Shown piece by piece: positions 13,640-26,238 of a stretch of DNA of 64,000 nt (positions are counted from its first letter, which is position 1; each line of letters opens with the position of its first letter). Source of the DNA: Isurus oxyrinchus (taxonomy: Eukaryota). The notes under the pieces were generated by a model that had not been told where the DNA came from, did no database searches, and saw nothing but the letters and a program-made list of their open reading frames with translations. The stretch spans positions 36,270,001 to 36,334,000 of the forward strand of contig JANJGN010000026.1 in NCBI GenBank assembly GCA_026770705.1, read 5' to 3'. Position numbers and translations under genes: made by a program.

Positions 13640-14125
13640 GATGACCGCGCATGCGCCCTGCTGCACAAGATGGCAGTCGTTAATCCGGGCCTCTCACCGA
13701 GGAAGGCGGATCGGTGCAACTGCCGCCCACAGACACCAGCGAGGAACCGGTAGCTTGTTATTCTGGCTTCCCAACGGCTCAAGGTGTTTCCGAAGCCTGC
13801 ATGTCCACCCACCGGCTGCATTTCTCCCTCAATTCCGCATTTTATCTTACCGGCTGCGGACCGGACAAACCAGCAGCTTTCCTTCGCCCTCACTCACACT
13901 GCGCATGTTCCAAAATCGAGGCGGTATTGCACCTGCACACTGATGTCCAGCTCCAGCAGCCACAATGCGCATGCTCCTATCACAATGCCTGGGTGATTGA
14001 CGGTAGGTCTGAACCAATAGGAAGAGGTAACAGTTCTGCAGGACCAAAGGGGGAGCGGCTGGCCCTCCAGCCAATTGGAGTGAAGGAGGGGCGGGGCTGA
14101 ACCAGGGTCTCCCTCATTGGCTGAA
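13640..14125 (-). promoter_or_regulatory. CpG-rich promoter / first exon of the 12-13 kb ZNF gene
   Basis: NRF1 palindrome GCGCATGCGC 13647-13656 plus two partial copies; YY1-like AAGATGGC 13667-13674; CCAAT boxes ~14014, 14071, 14116; GC box GGGGCGGGGC ~14088; minus-strand donor GTAAGA at 13850. Confidence 0.7.
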
Positions 14126-17009
14126 ACTCTGCATCATTTTGGAAGATGATTTGCCTCAGACGCAAGGAGAAAACCTTTCTGTTTGTGGCTTTAAACAGAT
14201 GAAACCCTGTGGGTGTGGAGCAAATATTTCAACATTTGTTACTGAAATGTGGAAACATGGTGAAACAAGGCACAAAATTAAAGGAATAACTGCCCAGACA
14301 GGGAATTCACCATTAGAACAAGGGGAGTCCTTGGTTTCAATAAATGAACCGGCATGAGTGTTAGGACAGGTCAGGGATAAGTTTAATATTCAGAACAACA
14401 CAGAATGTAAACAAAAACTGATCTCAAAGACAATTTGTTGTAATGTGTGTGGAGGGGATGTGCTGAACCTGGTTTAAAGAGGTTAAACATGTTTTCCATA
14501 TTACACAATCACAAACCTTCAAAGATGAGACATGAAAGCCCTCAACATTAATCATGACAAGTGGGAAGCTAATTGATGATTGATGCATTTGGAAACACCA
14601 GCTGTGGGCAGGAGTTCACCACCACAGCAACATGTTATTTCAGAAACTCCAACACAGACAAACAAGGTGTCAGCAGAGATGGTCTCGCAACACGAGTAAG
14701 GAAAACTTTCATCCGAGGCACTTTCGCCTTTACAGAATCGGCTTGTTCAGCCATCATATGAAGTGCAGCAGATCATCTCATCTGATCTCACCAAAGTTCT
14801 GAGGTTGCATTACCATCATCTCTCACAGATGGACAGATGCTAAACATATCTGACAATCACATTAAAATCTGAAACTCGGATGGTGTTAGGTGGGAAGGTC
14901 TGGATCAATGTCTTACTCCAGGAAGACTTAAAATCAGAATGACAGCATTTCAGAAATTATTCCTGTGATATCAGTGATCCCAGTCCTATCTGTTAGTAAG
15001 ACTGATGGAAGTATTTAGTGGAGACGGTAGCATGCTGGAGGATGATGTACACAAATGTTTTCTGAACTGAGGATAATAGTGAGGGGAAAGGAAGGGATCT
15101 TGAAAAAAAAACAGACTCTTCATGTTGTTACAAAGGACATGGGACCTTGCACTTGGTTTGACACAACACATACACAAACCCACATGGATTCACTTCCTAT
15201 TGATCAGGTGAACCAGGTTATGCCTCACATCACCAACCCAACTACTGACTAAGACTGGCGATAAAGTATCAGTGTCTCTAAGGACCAAAAGGTTATAGAA
15301 ATTCAAGTAAACATCACCCTCCAGGGACTCAAATCAGTTTTGACTATTTAATTCCAGCACTTTCTCTGAACATTAATCTATACTGGACAACATCTTGAAC
15401 AGACATAATGACAAAAAGCTAAGCCACCGATATTAGGTGGTCTATGGCCACTCTGGTGATCAGCCCTGGTGGGAGATTTTAAACAATACAGAACATCTTT
15501 GCATAATTGCAGCCTCTACTTTCCTATTGGTATTCTGGATAATTCCCCTTATATTGATGGTCTCGGTGAAGGTCAGGCCACAGAGCAGAATGGATGAAAA
15601 GATGGCTCCAAACTCCCTCTAAATCTAACCCTCTGATTTCGGTTTTGTAGCCATCTTTCCATCCATCTGCTGCCTGGCCCTTCACTCCACACAGCATGAT
15701 CTTGGTCACCTTGTGCACACTGTTATGGATAACAAGCGGGTTACAAAACAGAAAACAGAGGGAAGAGGTTAAGAGTAACGACTCAGACTGGTAAAAGGTG
15801 GGAATTGATGTTCCACAGGAAGCAATGCTTGAACCACTGTTATTCATTTTTTTATAAACGATTTGGACTCAGAAATCAGAAATCCAATATTAAAATTTGG
15901 GAGCAGGATTACAGTAAATCACTGATAAGAATTCCCAGTTAATTAAACTTTGTTGTACAGTTCATTAAATCTTTAATTCAGAGTGTACAATGACACGAGG
16001 AAGTGATGAACTGATTTATTTATGAATTAATTGTTTATCAAATTGGGAAGCACAGTTGAGGAAGCAAAGCGGAGGAAGACGGCAACAAAATCCTGGGATC
16101 TAACACATATACATCAATATAGCAGGGAATTCTTGGAAACATGGTGTAGGTCCTTCTTTATCTGGAGATCAAATGTCTGTTGTATAATTGTCCCAGGAGT
16201 TTAAAGGATCCTGTGAATTCCTCCTTGTGTTATTTTAATACAGACTTTACACTATTTACTTTTAGCTACGTTTTACTATGTTAAAGGTGCTATTTCAATA
16301 CAAGTTGTTGTTGATATTGGCTAAAAGTAGTGGACTCAGGACTGTCACCAATAAACCTTAAAAACTTCACAGAATAATCACCACAGTCATTTTTAAACTG
16401 GAGACTTATTCCTGCATTTCAGTTTCAGTCAGAAACAGAGCACAGTTTTTACACCAATCTCTGATTTAACAGCACGTTTCCAGACTGCCTGACCCATGTT
16501 GTACAACCACAGTTGCAAAGGAGCCTTCTACTGGGTGCCTGGGAGCTTTGAAACCCAATGATTCCAAACAGAAATCAGAGTGTTAGATTTACAGGGAGTT
16601 TGTATTTCTCCATCCATTCTTCTATGTGGCCTTGGACTCCACAGCCTGACCTTGGTCATCTTTAGGCTGTATGTATTGCACAGAAGTGGTTGTGACACAT
16701 TTTTCACACACCTCAGGATTAATCCACATGTGGGTTTTGCTGTCAGTGAAGAAATATAAGAAAGACCAAAGTGTCATTTGTCGCTTTCAGTATGACCTTA
16801 AAGGACTGTGTCCAGGCTGAAGTTCTGTTCCTGCCGTATGATCCTCCCCTAGATTGTCCTTTCTGAGCTCCAGTCAGCTGATGTTAAACACTCAGGTACG
16901 AAAGACAAAATTATACAACAATGTTTGAAAAGCAAAGTTTGACATGCTATGTGACATGTATCCAGAATATTAAACAGAAGCCCATTGATATGGTTTATCA
17001 ACTTATATA

Positions 17010-18920
17010 TGAACATACGAATTAGGAGCAGGAGTAGGCCACTCGGCCCCTTGGGTTTGTTCCACCATTCAATAAGATCATGGCTGATCTGATTGTAATC
17101 TCAACTACACATTCCTGCCGACCCCGATAACCTTTCACCCCTTGCTTATCAAGAATCTATCTACCTCTGCCTTAAATATAATCAACGATTCTGTCTCAAC
17201 TGCCTTTTGAGGAAAAGAGTTCCAAAGTCTCACAACCCTACGAGAGAAAAATAATTTCTCATCTCTAACTTAAATGGGCGACCCCTTAAAGAGTGGTCCC
17301 TAGTTAAAGATTCTCTCAGAAAGAAAACATCCTTTCCACATCCACCTTGACAAGACCCCTCATGATTTTATGTGTATCAATCAAGTTGCCTCTTACCCTT
17401 CTAAACTCCAGCAGATACAAGCCTAGTCTGTCCAACCGTTCCTCATAAGACAACCCGCCCATTCCTGGTAATGATCAACTCAACCTTCGCTGAACTGCTT
17501 CCAATACATTTACATATTTCCTTAAATAATGAGACCAATGTTACACATAGTACTCCAGATGTGGGCTCACCAAGTGCCCTGCATAACTGAAGCATAACCT
17601 CCCTACTTTTATATTCAATTTCCCTTGCAATGAACGATAACATTCTTTCAGCTTTGCTAATTACTTGTGGTACCCACACACTAACCTTTTGTGATTCATG
17701 CACTAGGACACCCAGATCCCTCTGAATCTCAGAGCTCTGCAATCTCATTCAAATATGCTTTTTTATTCGTCCTGCCAACATGGACAACGTCACATTTTCC
17801 CACATTATACTCCATTTGACAGATCTTTGCCCACTCACCTAACCTATTTGTATCCTTTTGTAGCCTCCTTGTGTCCTCTTCACAATTCATTTTCCTACCT
17901 GTGTGTCATAAGCAAATTTAGCAACCATACCATTGGTTCCTTCATCCAAGTCATTTATATGAACTATAAAGAGTTGAGATCCCAGCACTGATCCTTGTGG
18001 CACACTAATCATCACATTCTGCCAATCAGAAAAATACTCATTTATGCCCACTCTCTGTTTCCTGTTAGCTAGCTAATCTTCGAATCATGTCAATATGTTA
18101 CCCCCTACACCATGAGATTTTATTTTCCACAACAACCTTTAATGTGATATCTTATCAAAAGCCCTCTGGAAATATAGGTACAGTGCATCCACCAGTTCCC
18201 CTTTATCCACAGCACCTATTACTTCTTCAAATAACCCCAATAAATTGGTTAAGCATGATTTCCCTCTCACAAAACCTTGTTGACTCTTCCTGATTACCTT
18301 GAATTTATCTAAGTGCCCTGTTATAACACTTGTAACATTTTTCCTATGATAGATATTAAGCTAACTGGCCTATACTTTCCTGCTCTCTGTCTCCCGCCCT
18401 TTTCTATTTTTCTATCTGATGAGACCTTCCCCGAATCTAGCAAATTTTGGAAAAGTAAAATCAATGCATCAACTATCTCACTAGCCACTTCTTTTAGACC
18501 AGAGGATGAAATCCATCAGGACAGGGGGACTTATCAGCCCGCAGTTCCAACAATTTGCTCAGTACCACTTCCATAGTGATTGTAATTTTCTTGAGCTCCT
18601 CCCCACTTCCAAATCTTGATTTACAGCCATTCTTGGCATATTACTTGTATCCTCTATAGTGAAGACAATGTAAAATACCTCTACAATTCATCTGCCATTA
18701 TTAACTCCCCAGACTCACTTTCTATGGGAGCAACCCTCATTTTGTTAACTCTTTTCATTTTAAAATATCAATATTTACTCTTACTATCTGTCTTTATATT
18801 TCTAACTAACTTTCTCTCATTCTCGACCTTTTCCTTCTTTGTTAATCTTTCAGTTATTGATCTCTTTTTTTAAATTCTGTCCAGTCTTCTGAGCTGCCAC
18901 CCATCTTTCCACAATTATAT
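17010..18920 (-). mobile_element. CR1 LINE ORF2 3' half, degenerate
   Basis: QRDLGVLVHESQKVS..IEYKSREVMLQL (17443-17748); CR1 3' tail near 17010. Confidence 0.85.
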
Positions 18921-19011
18921 TTCAGCAGAAACAAACTCCAGCTGTCAAAATGAAAGAATTCAATCCTGAACAGGATTAACAGCAACAGTAACCAGATTTC
19001 AATCCCCATAG

Positions 19012-19797
19012 TCACTTATGAACTCGCTGGTGTGTAATCAGATCCTTTTCACTTTTAAAGGTCTTCTCACAGTCAGAACATTTAAAAGGTCTCTGATCAG
19101 TTTGAACAAGTTGATGTGTCAGAATGTGGGATGACCGAATGAATCCTTTTCCACACATGGAACATGTGAATGGCCTCTCGCCAGTGTGAACTCGCTGATG
19201 TGTCAACAGGTCAGATGAATTGGTATATCCCTTCCTGCACATGGAGCAGGTGAATGGCCTCTCCCCAGTGTGAATTCGCTGGTGTGTCAGTAGTTTGGAT
19301 GGCCGATTAAATCCCTTCCCAAAGATAAAGCAGGTGTATGGACTTTCCCCAGTGTGAATTCTCTGATGCGTCAGAAGCCTGGATAATCGGTTAAATCCCT
19401 CTCCACACAAGCAACAGATGAATGGATTCTCCCTTGTGTGAATGCGCTGGTGTGTCAGCAGGTAGGATGACTGAGTGAATCCCTTCCCACACACAGAGCA
19501 GGTGAACGGCCTCTCTAAACTGTGAGTTTGCTGGTGCCTCAGAAAGTTTGATGAATGAATGATTGCCTTCCCACACACGGAGCAGATGACTGAACTCTGC
19601 TCAGTGTGAATGTGCTCGTGTCTCAGAAGGTTGGATGAATGAGTGAATCCCTTCTCACACACGGAGCAGGTGAATGGCCTCTCCCCATTGTGGCTGCGTT
19701 GATGAATTTCCAGCTTTGATGGGGAAACAAATCCCTTCCCACAGTCCCCACATTTCCATGGTTTCACCATGGTGCTGGTGTCCTCGTGGCTGATCAT
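19012..19797 (-). CDS. C2H2 zinc-finger protein (about 9 fingers, no KRAB)
   Basis: Open 261-aa ORF: [24 protein letters not shown].. ending HQRVHK*. Confidence 0.88.
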   Translation of the reverse strand: MISHEDTSTMVKPWKCGDCGKGFVSPSKLEIHQRSHNGERPFTCSVCEKGFTHSSNLLRHEHIHTEQSSVICSVCGKAIIHSSNFLRHQQTHSLERPFTCSVCGKGFTQSSYLLTHQRIHTRENPFICCLCGEGFNRLSRLLTHQRIHTGESPYTCFIFGKGFNRPSKLLTHQRIHTGERPFTCSMCRKGYTNSSDLLTHQRVHTGERPFTCSMCGKGFIRSSHILTHQLVQTDQRPFKCSDCEKTFKSEKDLITHQRVHK

Positions 19798-20149
19798 GTT
19801 GGGTGGTTAGTTCAAATCTCATCCACACAATTTGTCCTCGATGTGAATGGTGCAATGCTTTTTCAGGCTGTGCAATTGGTAAAACATTTCTCCTTCTATA
19901 TTAAAGATTCAATGATATCCAGCTCCAGATGTATTGAGTGAATCTGTCAGATTGTGACGTGATGTTTTCTTTGAGTTTCCTGTCAGCAAATCTTCCTGTT
20001 CAAGTATCCTGTAAAAGGAGTTTACTGAAGTCAGTAAGGGATAGAAATTCAGAACAGACAATTCCAGTTTCTTTCCTTTTTCTAATTTGTTCATGTGATG
20101 TGGGTGTCACTGGCAAGACCAGTATTTGATGCCCAGCTGGAATTGGGCA

Positions 20150-20750
20150 TACCATCATTGGCAGAGTTATAGAATATAAAAGTAAGGATATAATGTTGGA
20201 ATTGTATAAAACACTGGTGAGGCCACAGCTGGAGCATTGTGTGCAGTTTTGGTCATCGCATTACAAGAAGGATGCAATAGCTCTGGAGAGAGTGCAGGGG
20301 AGGTTTACAAGAATGTTGCCAGGGTTAGAAAAGTGTAGCTATGAGGAGAGATTGGAGAGGTTGGAGTTGCTTTCCTTAGAACAAAGAAGGCTGAGAGGTG
20401 ACTTGATTGAAGTGTACAAAATTATGAGGGGAATAGATAGAGTGGACAGAATAAAATTGTTTCCCTTTGTGGAAATTTCTGGCACCAGGGGACATAGATT
20501 CAACATAAGTGGCAGAAGATGTAGGGGGGACATGAGAAGAACTTTTTTACGCAGAGGGTAGTGGGTGTCTGGAATTCACTGCCCAAGATGGTGGTAGAGG
20601 CAGAAACTCTACACTCTTTTCTGCAGGGCTATGGCACGGACGCAGGATGGTGGGATTAGAAAGGGCACCTGGGTGTCCTCCGGCTGACATGGACAAGATG
20701 GGCCGAATGGCCTCCTTCTGTGCTGTCACTTTTCAATGGTTCTATGGTTC
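20150..20750 (+). mobile_element. CR1 LINE 3' end
   Basis: LYKTLVRPQLEHCVQFWS..LEQRRLRGDLIEVYKIMRG; TTCTATGG-type tail. Confidence 0.9.
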
Positions 20751-21019
20751 TAAATATACTCCATGAACAGGCCGCGGCCAAAGGCTGCAGACACTGACAG
20801 GGGAGTTGCAGAAGGGTTGCGCAATATTACAGTCAGGCACAGAAACTGCAGTAAAATACATTATGTAAATTGAAGTAAATAAACTTATGAAGGTCGGTTA
20901 TATTATAAATGTGAATTTAAATCATCTAATATAATTCCGCAAGTGTTCCTGACTTTTTCTTGTTGAGTGTTGTGTTTTGCTGTGATCTTTCAGGAATGGC
21001 TCTGTGACTCTCAATGTAG

Positions 21020-22030
21020 CATGAATGGATTTAAGCTGAATTGGATTTAAACTAAATTGGCAGGGTGTGGGGATCCTGAAACGTAGTTCAACGGGGAGAG
21101 AAGCTGCGATGGAATTAGAAGTTAAAACGCTAGTAAGTGAGGCTGGAAGGCAAAGAAATCATAGGCTAGATAAGAAAGAAGAGAGTTTAGCAAGGCTAAA
21201 TGGAATATATTTTAATGCAGGGAGGCTGAGGAATAAGACAGATGAGCTCAGGGCACAGATAGGTACGTGGGAGTATGACATCATAGTTATGACCGAGAAT
21301 TGGCTAAAAGAAGAGCAGGATCGGCAGCTCAACATTCCTGGTTATAGGGTGCTCATACAAGATCGAGAGGGGTTTAGAAAAGGATGCCGGGTCGCAGCAT
21401 TATTCAAGAAATCAATTATAGCAGTGAGGAGGGATAATATCCTGGAAGGAGCATCAAATGAGGCCATCTGGATAGAATTAAAAAAACACAAAAAGGGCAA
21501 ACGTGCTGTTGGGTGTGTACCATAGGCCCCCAAATAGTTAGGGAGCGATAGAGGATCAGATGTTTAATCAAATTTCAGAGCGGTGTAAGAAAAACTGCAA
21601 AACTGGGGGATTTTAACGACCCAAATTTTAACTGGGAGAGTTTGGTGTGCATGTCAGGGAGGGAGCAAAATTCTTAAGTTGCATCCAGGAGAATATTTTT
21701 TGGCCAATATGTAAAAACCTAACAAGGAAAAGGGGCAGTTCTCGAACTAATGTTCGGAAATAAGCCCGGGCAAGCGGAAAGCTTATCTGAAGGGGAACAT
21801 TTTGGGGATACTGACCGCAGCTCAATTCGATTTAGGATATATGGGGAAAAGTATAAGGTTGAGCCGGGAATAAAAGTTCTAAACTGGAGAAAGGCTAATT
21901 TTACAAAGATGAAATACGATTTCGCCCAAGTGGACTGGAAGCAGCTACGAGTAGGGAAAACTGTGTCAGAAGAATGGGAGACGTCCAAGGAGGGAATAGC
22001 GGGAGTACAGGGCAAATATGCTTCCGTAAA
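21020..22030 (+). mobile_element. CR1 LINE ORF2 endonuclease fragment
   Basis: YFNAGRLRNKTDEL..YDIIVMTENWL; LNWRKANF. Confidence 0.8.
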
Positions 22031-22671
22031 GAGAACTTGGATTAGTCACAAAAAGACATATCTGCCGCTGGTAAATTTCCTTCTCGAAGGCTTAACATTG
22101 GCGTGTAAATGATTCCTTACAGCTGTTAGCACATTCGTTTGAAATACTTTAATGGCCCATGTAAATGTGCACCACCAAGTAATGTATTGCACTTTCCGGA
22201 GTTCATTTGTGAACTTTACAGATCTGCAAATCCATCAGATCACTTTACAGTACCCTTCGGTATCCGGAGGAAGGAAGTGGGACAGAGCTGCCTTGTGCCA
22301 GAGAGACAGGGTGAAGATTGAATAGAATGGGCTCTAGTCTCAGAGTTTCGGAGCATGAGAAGTGAATTGCATAGCCCTCCCTACTCCCATTTCTGATGTT
22401 CTTCAGGAGAAACCTCTAAAGGAGGGCGGGACAGGATTAGAGGGACTGATTACACAAGCCTGGCGATCACGAACCGGCTGCGGATTTTACATCCAGCCTG
22501 GTTTTCTTCACTTGACACGTCAGTGAAGCAGGATACAAACTGGTGGCAGGTTGTTTAGAGCCGTTTTACACTACTGTGCAAGATCAATTTCACCCCACAT
22601 GTCAGGGAGAAAAACGTAGAGATAAAAATACACATTTTGACGAGTATCCCAAACTCAAACATGTGACTTTC

Positions 22672-23579
22672 CTAGTTTACTAACTTCAGAATTAGATTCA
22701 CAAGATATTTTGCTGCATTTTTCAGCTCCTCTCTGAATTTTCTCTGGGTCACTGCATAAATACACGTGTTGGTGCAGCAGCTCAGGAGTTGAAGCATGTT
22801 TCCGCTTTCTTGACGAATGAATTTGGGATCATTGAAATTGGAACCTGTAAAATAAGGTTCGTTTGTAATTTTCACATATAGGAAATTTACAACATACGTC
22901 ATCCACAACAAAATGAAGCTTGCCGAGATGGTAAAGAGTAAAACGATTGACTTTCTCCGGTTCTCGATCTCTGGATCACTCTGCTTCTCTCCACTGCTGT
23001 GAGCTCGGAGTCTCCTGCGGGCTCCACTGGCCACGAGGATGTGCCTGACGGTCAGAGCATTGAACAACAGAATCAGAAGGAATGGCAGACCCGGATTTAA
23101 AATACGTGCAAACCAATCATAGGCTGTCCATGCGAATGAAGTGTAGAAGCTTGATTTTACATTACAAAACCACGGTACATTGTTCATTATATAGAGTGGT
23201 TCATACATAAAGTACCAGGGAACACTTTTTAAACAGCTTAACAGACAGACAGTTCCTACAACCACAGCCGCCACTCTCTCGGTGCAATAATTTATTTTCA
23301 GCTTTTGGAAGCAAATGGCAATGTATCGATCAAAGGTGAAAGCGACGGTTAACCAGACAGAACTCTCCGTGGCTGCGTAGATTAGCACAGTACTGAGAGT
23401 ACAGGCTGGAGTCATGGACATAAAACTAACGGGAAAATAAATGCCAATGATCCGATTGAATATCACAGCGCTCACAACAACTAGGAGATCCGTCACTGCC
23501 ATGGACACCAGGTACCGAGCGATGCATTTGGAGAGGCCACACCTTCCTCGGGATAGGATCACAATCGTCACCATGTTAA
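22672..23579 (-). CDS. GPR139/GPR142-like class A GPCR, main coding exon (TM1 end to TM7), open frame
   Basis: VNMVTIVILSRGRCGLSKC..DLLVV..FTFDRYIAIC..LLILLFNALTV..SCCTNTCIYAV. Acceptor TTTTCTCTCAG at 23580, phase 1. Confidence 0.9.
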
Positions 23580-26238
23580 CTGAGAGAAAAAACAAAATTA
23601 ACATTGTAAAGTTCAAGCAGGGACTTGAATGTTACACGCTTTTGATACTTCATCCTCGTTTATAGAAGACAACCAAATCAATGATTAATAGCTTTTCAAT
23701 GTCATCTCTGTTTCAACAAAAACAACACGGATACGCTGCATTTGTATCGCGCCTTTAACGTAAAAAAGTGGCCCAATCGCATGACAGGAGAGTGATACAG
23801 CAAAATTTGACATCCAACCACATAAGGAGAAGTTTTGCCAAATGATGAAAAAGAATGAGAATGATATAGGTTTAAGGGACGATTTAAGGAAGAGAGTGCA
23901 GTAGAGAGGCGGAGTGTTTTAGGGAGTGAATTTAAGAGAGCTTAGGACATAACAGCTGTAGGCCTCGAGGTTACTTGTAGTATTTGGCACTCAACTTTTG
24001 GATGTTGCATCATGTTACAGGGCATTTCCTCTAAACACAGTAGCCATATTAATTATTTTTCTGTTGTTGAAATGTACACTGTGACATCGTTTAAATTGGC
24101 TCGATAGGATTCCACGGGAGGATATTTAGGAAGCAGGATGTGTCGGGTGTATGCAATTGGAGAAGAACCAAATGACTTATGTCTGAAACACTGCTAGTTT
24201 GGAGGCGACATGTCTACGTTTCTACAGTTCGCATTCTGCTGAAGTGTCATGTTTATTCCCCGACGATGAAAGGTGAAATAACTTCGTCTTATATTTTCAG
24301 GGATTTAGAAGAATGGGAGGTAATCACAAGTACGATTCTCAAGGGGCTTGACGGGATAGACATGCGGAGGGTTTTCCCGCTGGCTGGAAAATCTAAAGCC
24401 TCCGGGAACAGCTTTGGGATAAGAGAGCGATCATTTCGGATGGAGAGCAGCAGAACGTTAGTGCATTTCTGGAATTCTATACCCAGAGGTCTGTGGATAT
24501 TTCATTGTTGAGAAGATTTTAGACTTGGATAGACAGATTTCTGACATCTCAGGGAATCAAATGATATGTGGACCCGGCGGAAAGCGGATAGAAGCCCAGG
24601 ATCAGCCATGATTTCATTTAAATGAGGAGCTGGCTCGGCGTGTTGCATGGTCTTCTGCTGCTTCTATCTCTGGTGTTCTTGTACACAAATCTGTCTGAGC
24701 TTCCGGAAAGACATAAATCATACCGCAGCGAGAATGGAGCGCACATGGTGCCATATGCAAATCTGCAGCTGTAAGAGCACATGACCATGTATATATAGCT
24801 TGACAATGATCACCTCCCAGGTCATCACACATCGTCCATCTGGATATGTAAACCAGATAACTTTCAGTAATTTTTTGGTACTCAGTGCTGAGCACCCCCC
24901 TGGATTGGATTATGTATCTCAGATCCCGGTAGCGATGCTACCTGTAAGTGTGGATGCATGACATACTTTAACATTCTAATGACATTAATTAAATCAACAA
25001 GTTGGATTATTGCTGATGTCCAAGGTGATATAATTTGGATTAATAAAATAAAGATGAGGTGATTTTCATGAGTATCACTTGCCTCTAGAGGGCCTCAAAA
25101 TGGGAGGGATAATTTTCAGGCCCTGTGACACCAGTGAAGAGGAGGAGCTACAGTTCGAGGCCCAGAGTAACTCTTGTTTAAAATAATTAAACCGTTAGTC
25201 TGGACCCCCAGATGTAACCAGAATCATGTCCGTTGTTCTTTTCCCACTCTTCACCCCCATTGGCCAAAAGGCAATTCAATACCCCAAGAGAGTCAAACCA
25301 AATATTGGCGCTAAAATTCTTCTTTGGGACAGTGCACAATGATTGAAGAAAACATCCGGCATGGTTTGAATTTTGTTTGGAACCTCTCTCACTCTGAGCT
25401 ACAGGAAAAACGAATTTTATTCCTAACATTTGTCTTCCCTCCCAGATGAATTCTGACGTTTGAGCGGCTGAAGTATAGAGCGTGCCGATCTGTGCCCTGT
25501 AACCGCAATGAATAGAAGATTACTATAGTGGCTATGCACTAAACTATTAATTCAGTAGCCTTGGGTGAATGTTTCAGGGACATACAAACAAACGAATCAG
25601 GAGCAGAGACAGGCCATTCGGCCCATCTAGCTTTCTTCACCATTCAGTAAGATCACGGTTGATCTCATTACGGCCTCAATGCCACATTCCCACCTGCCCC
25701 CGATATCCTTTGATTCCCATGGGGCAGCAACCGTTTTTGGGCCGGATCGAACTGAAGAATCTTTCTCATTTATATCAGTCTGGCAACCCCCAGAGCATCA
25801 AATGGATATCTCAATGCAGGTCACCGATTTTATGCCTCCCTAATATCGGGAACGTTTGGTTCTATGTGAATTTCCCATTCGCCACGTTTCATCTCGCACT
25901 GAGCGGAATGCAAATTTTGCAGCCTATTGGTACATATCTAAGCATTGCCTATCACTAAAACCTTATCATGCTCATTTAGAGCTACACATAATGACAGAAA
26001 CATGGAACTTGCCCATTGTTCATATACGCTCAGGTAGCTTCTCAGGTCTGTTCCAGTGGCGCACAGCTCGGCAGAATGGCTGATTCTCAAGTTAACAGCA
26101 GTTTCGACTTACCTTCCAACTTTCTGGATGTAGGGTTAGCGCTCTAGCCCCTCCTACACCCAGGCCCTTTTTATTCATTCATTCACTCGATTTAGGCGAC
26201 ATTGGAGCAACAGCATTTATTGTCCATCACGAATTGCC

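Noticed and set aside
13098-14100. 281-aa and other plus-strand ORFs
   Set aside because: Antisense to the ZNF 5' region and CpG promoter, begin in a microsatellite, and show no domain signature.
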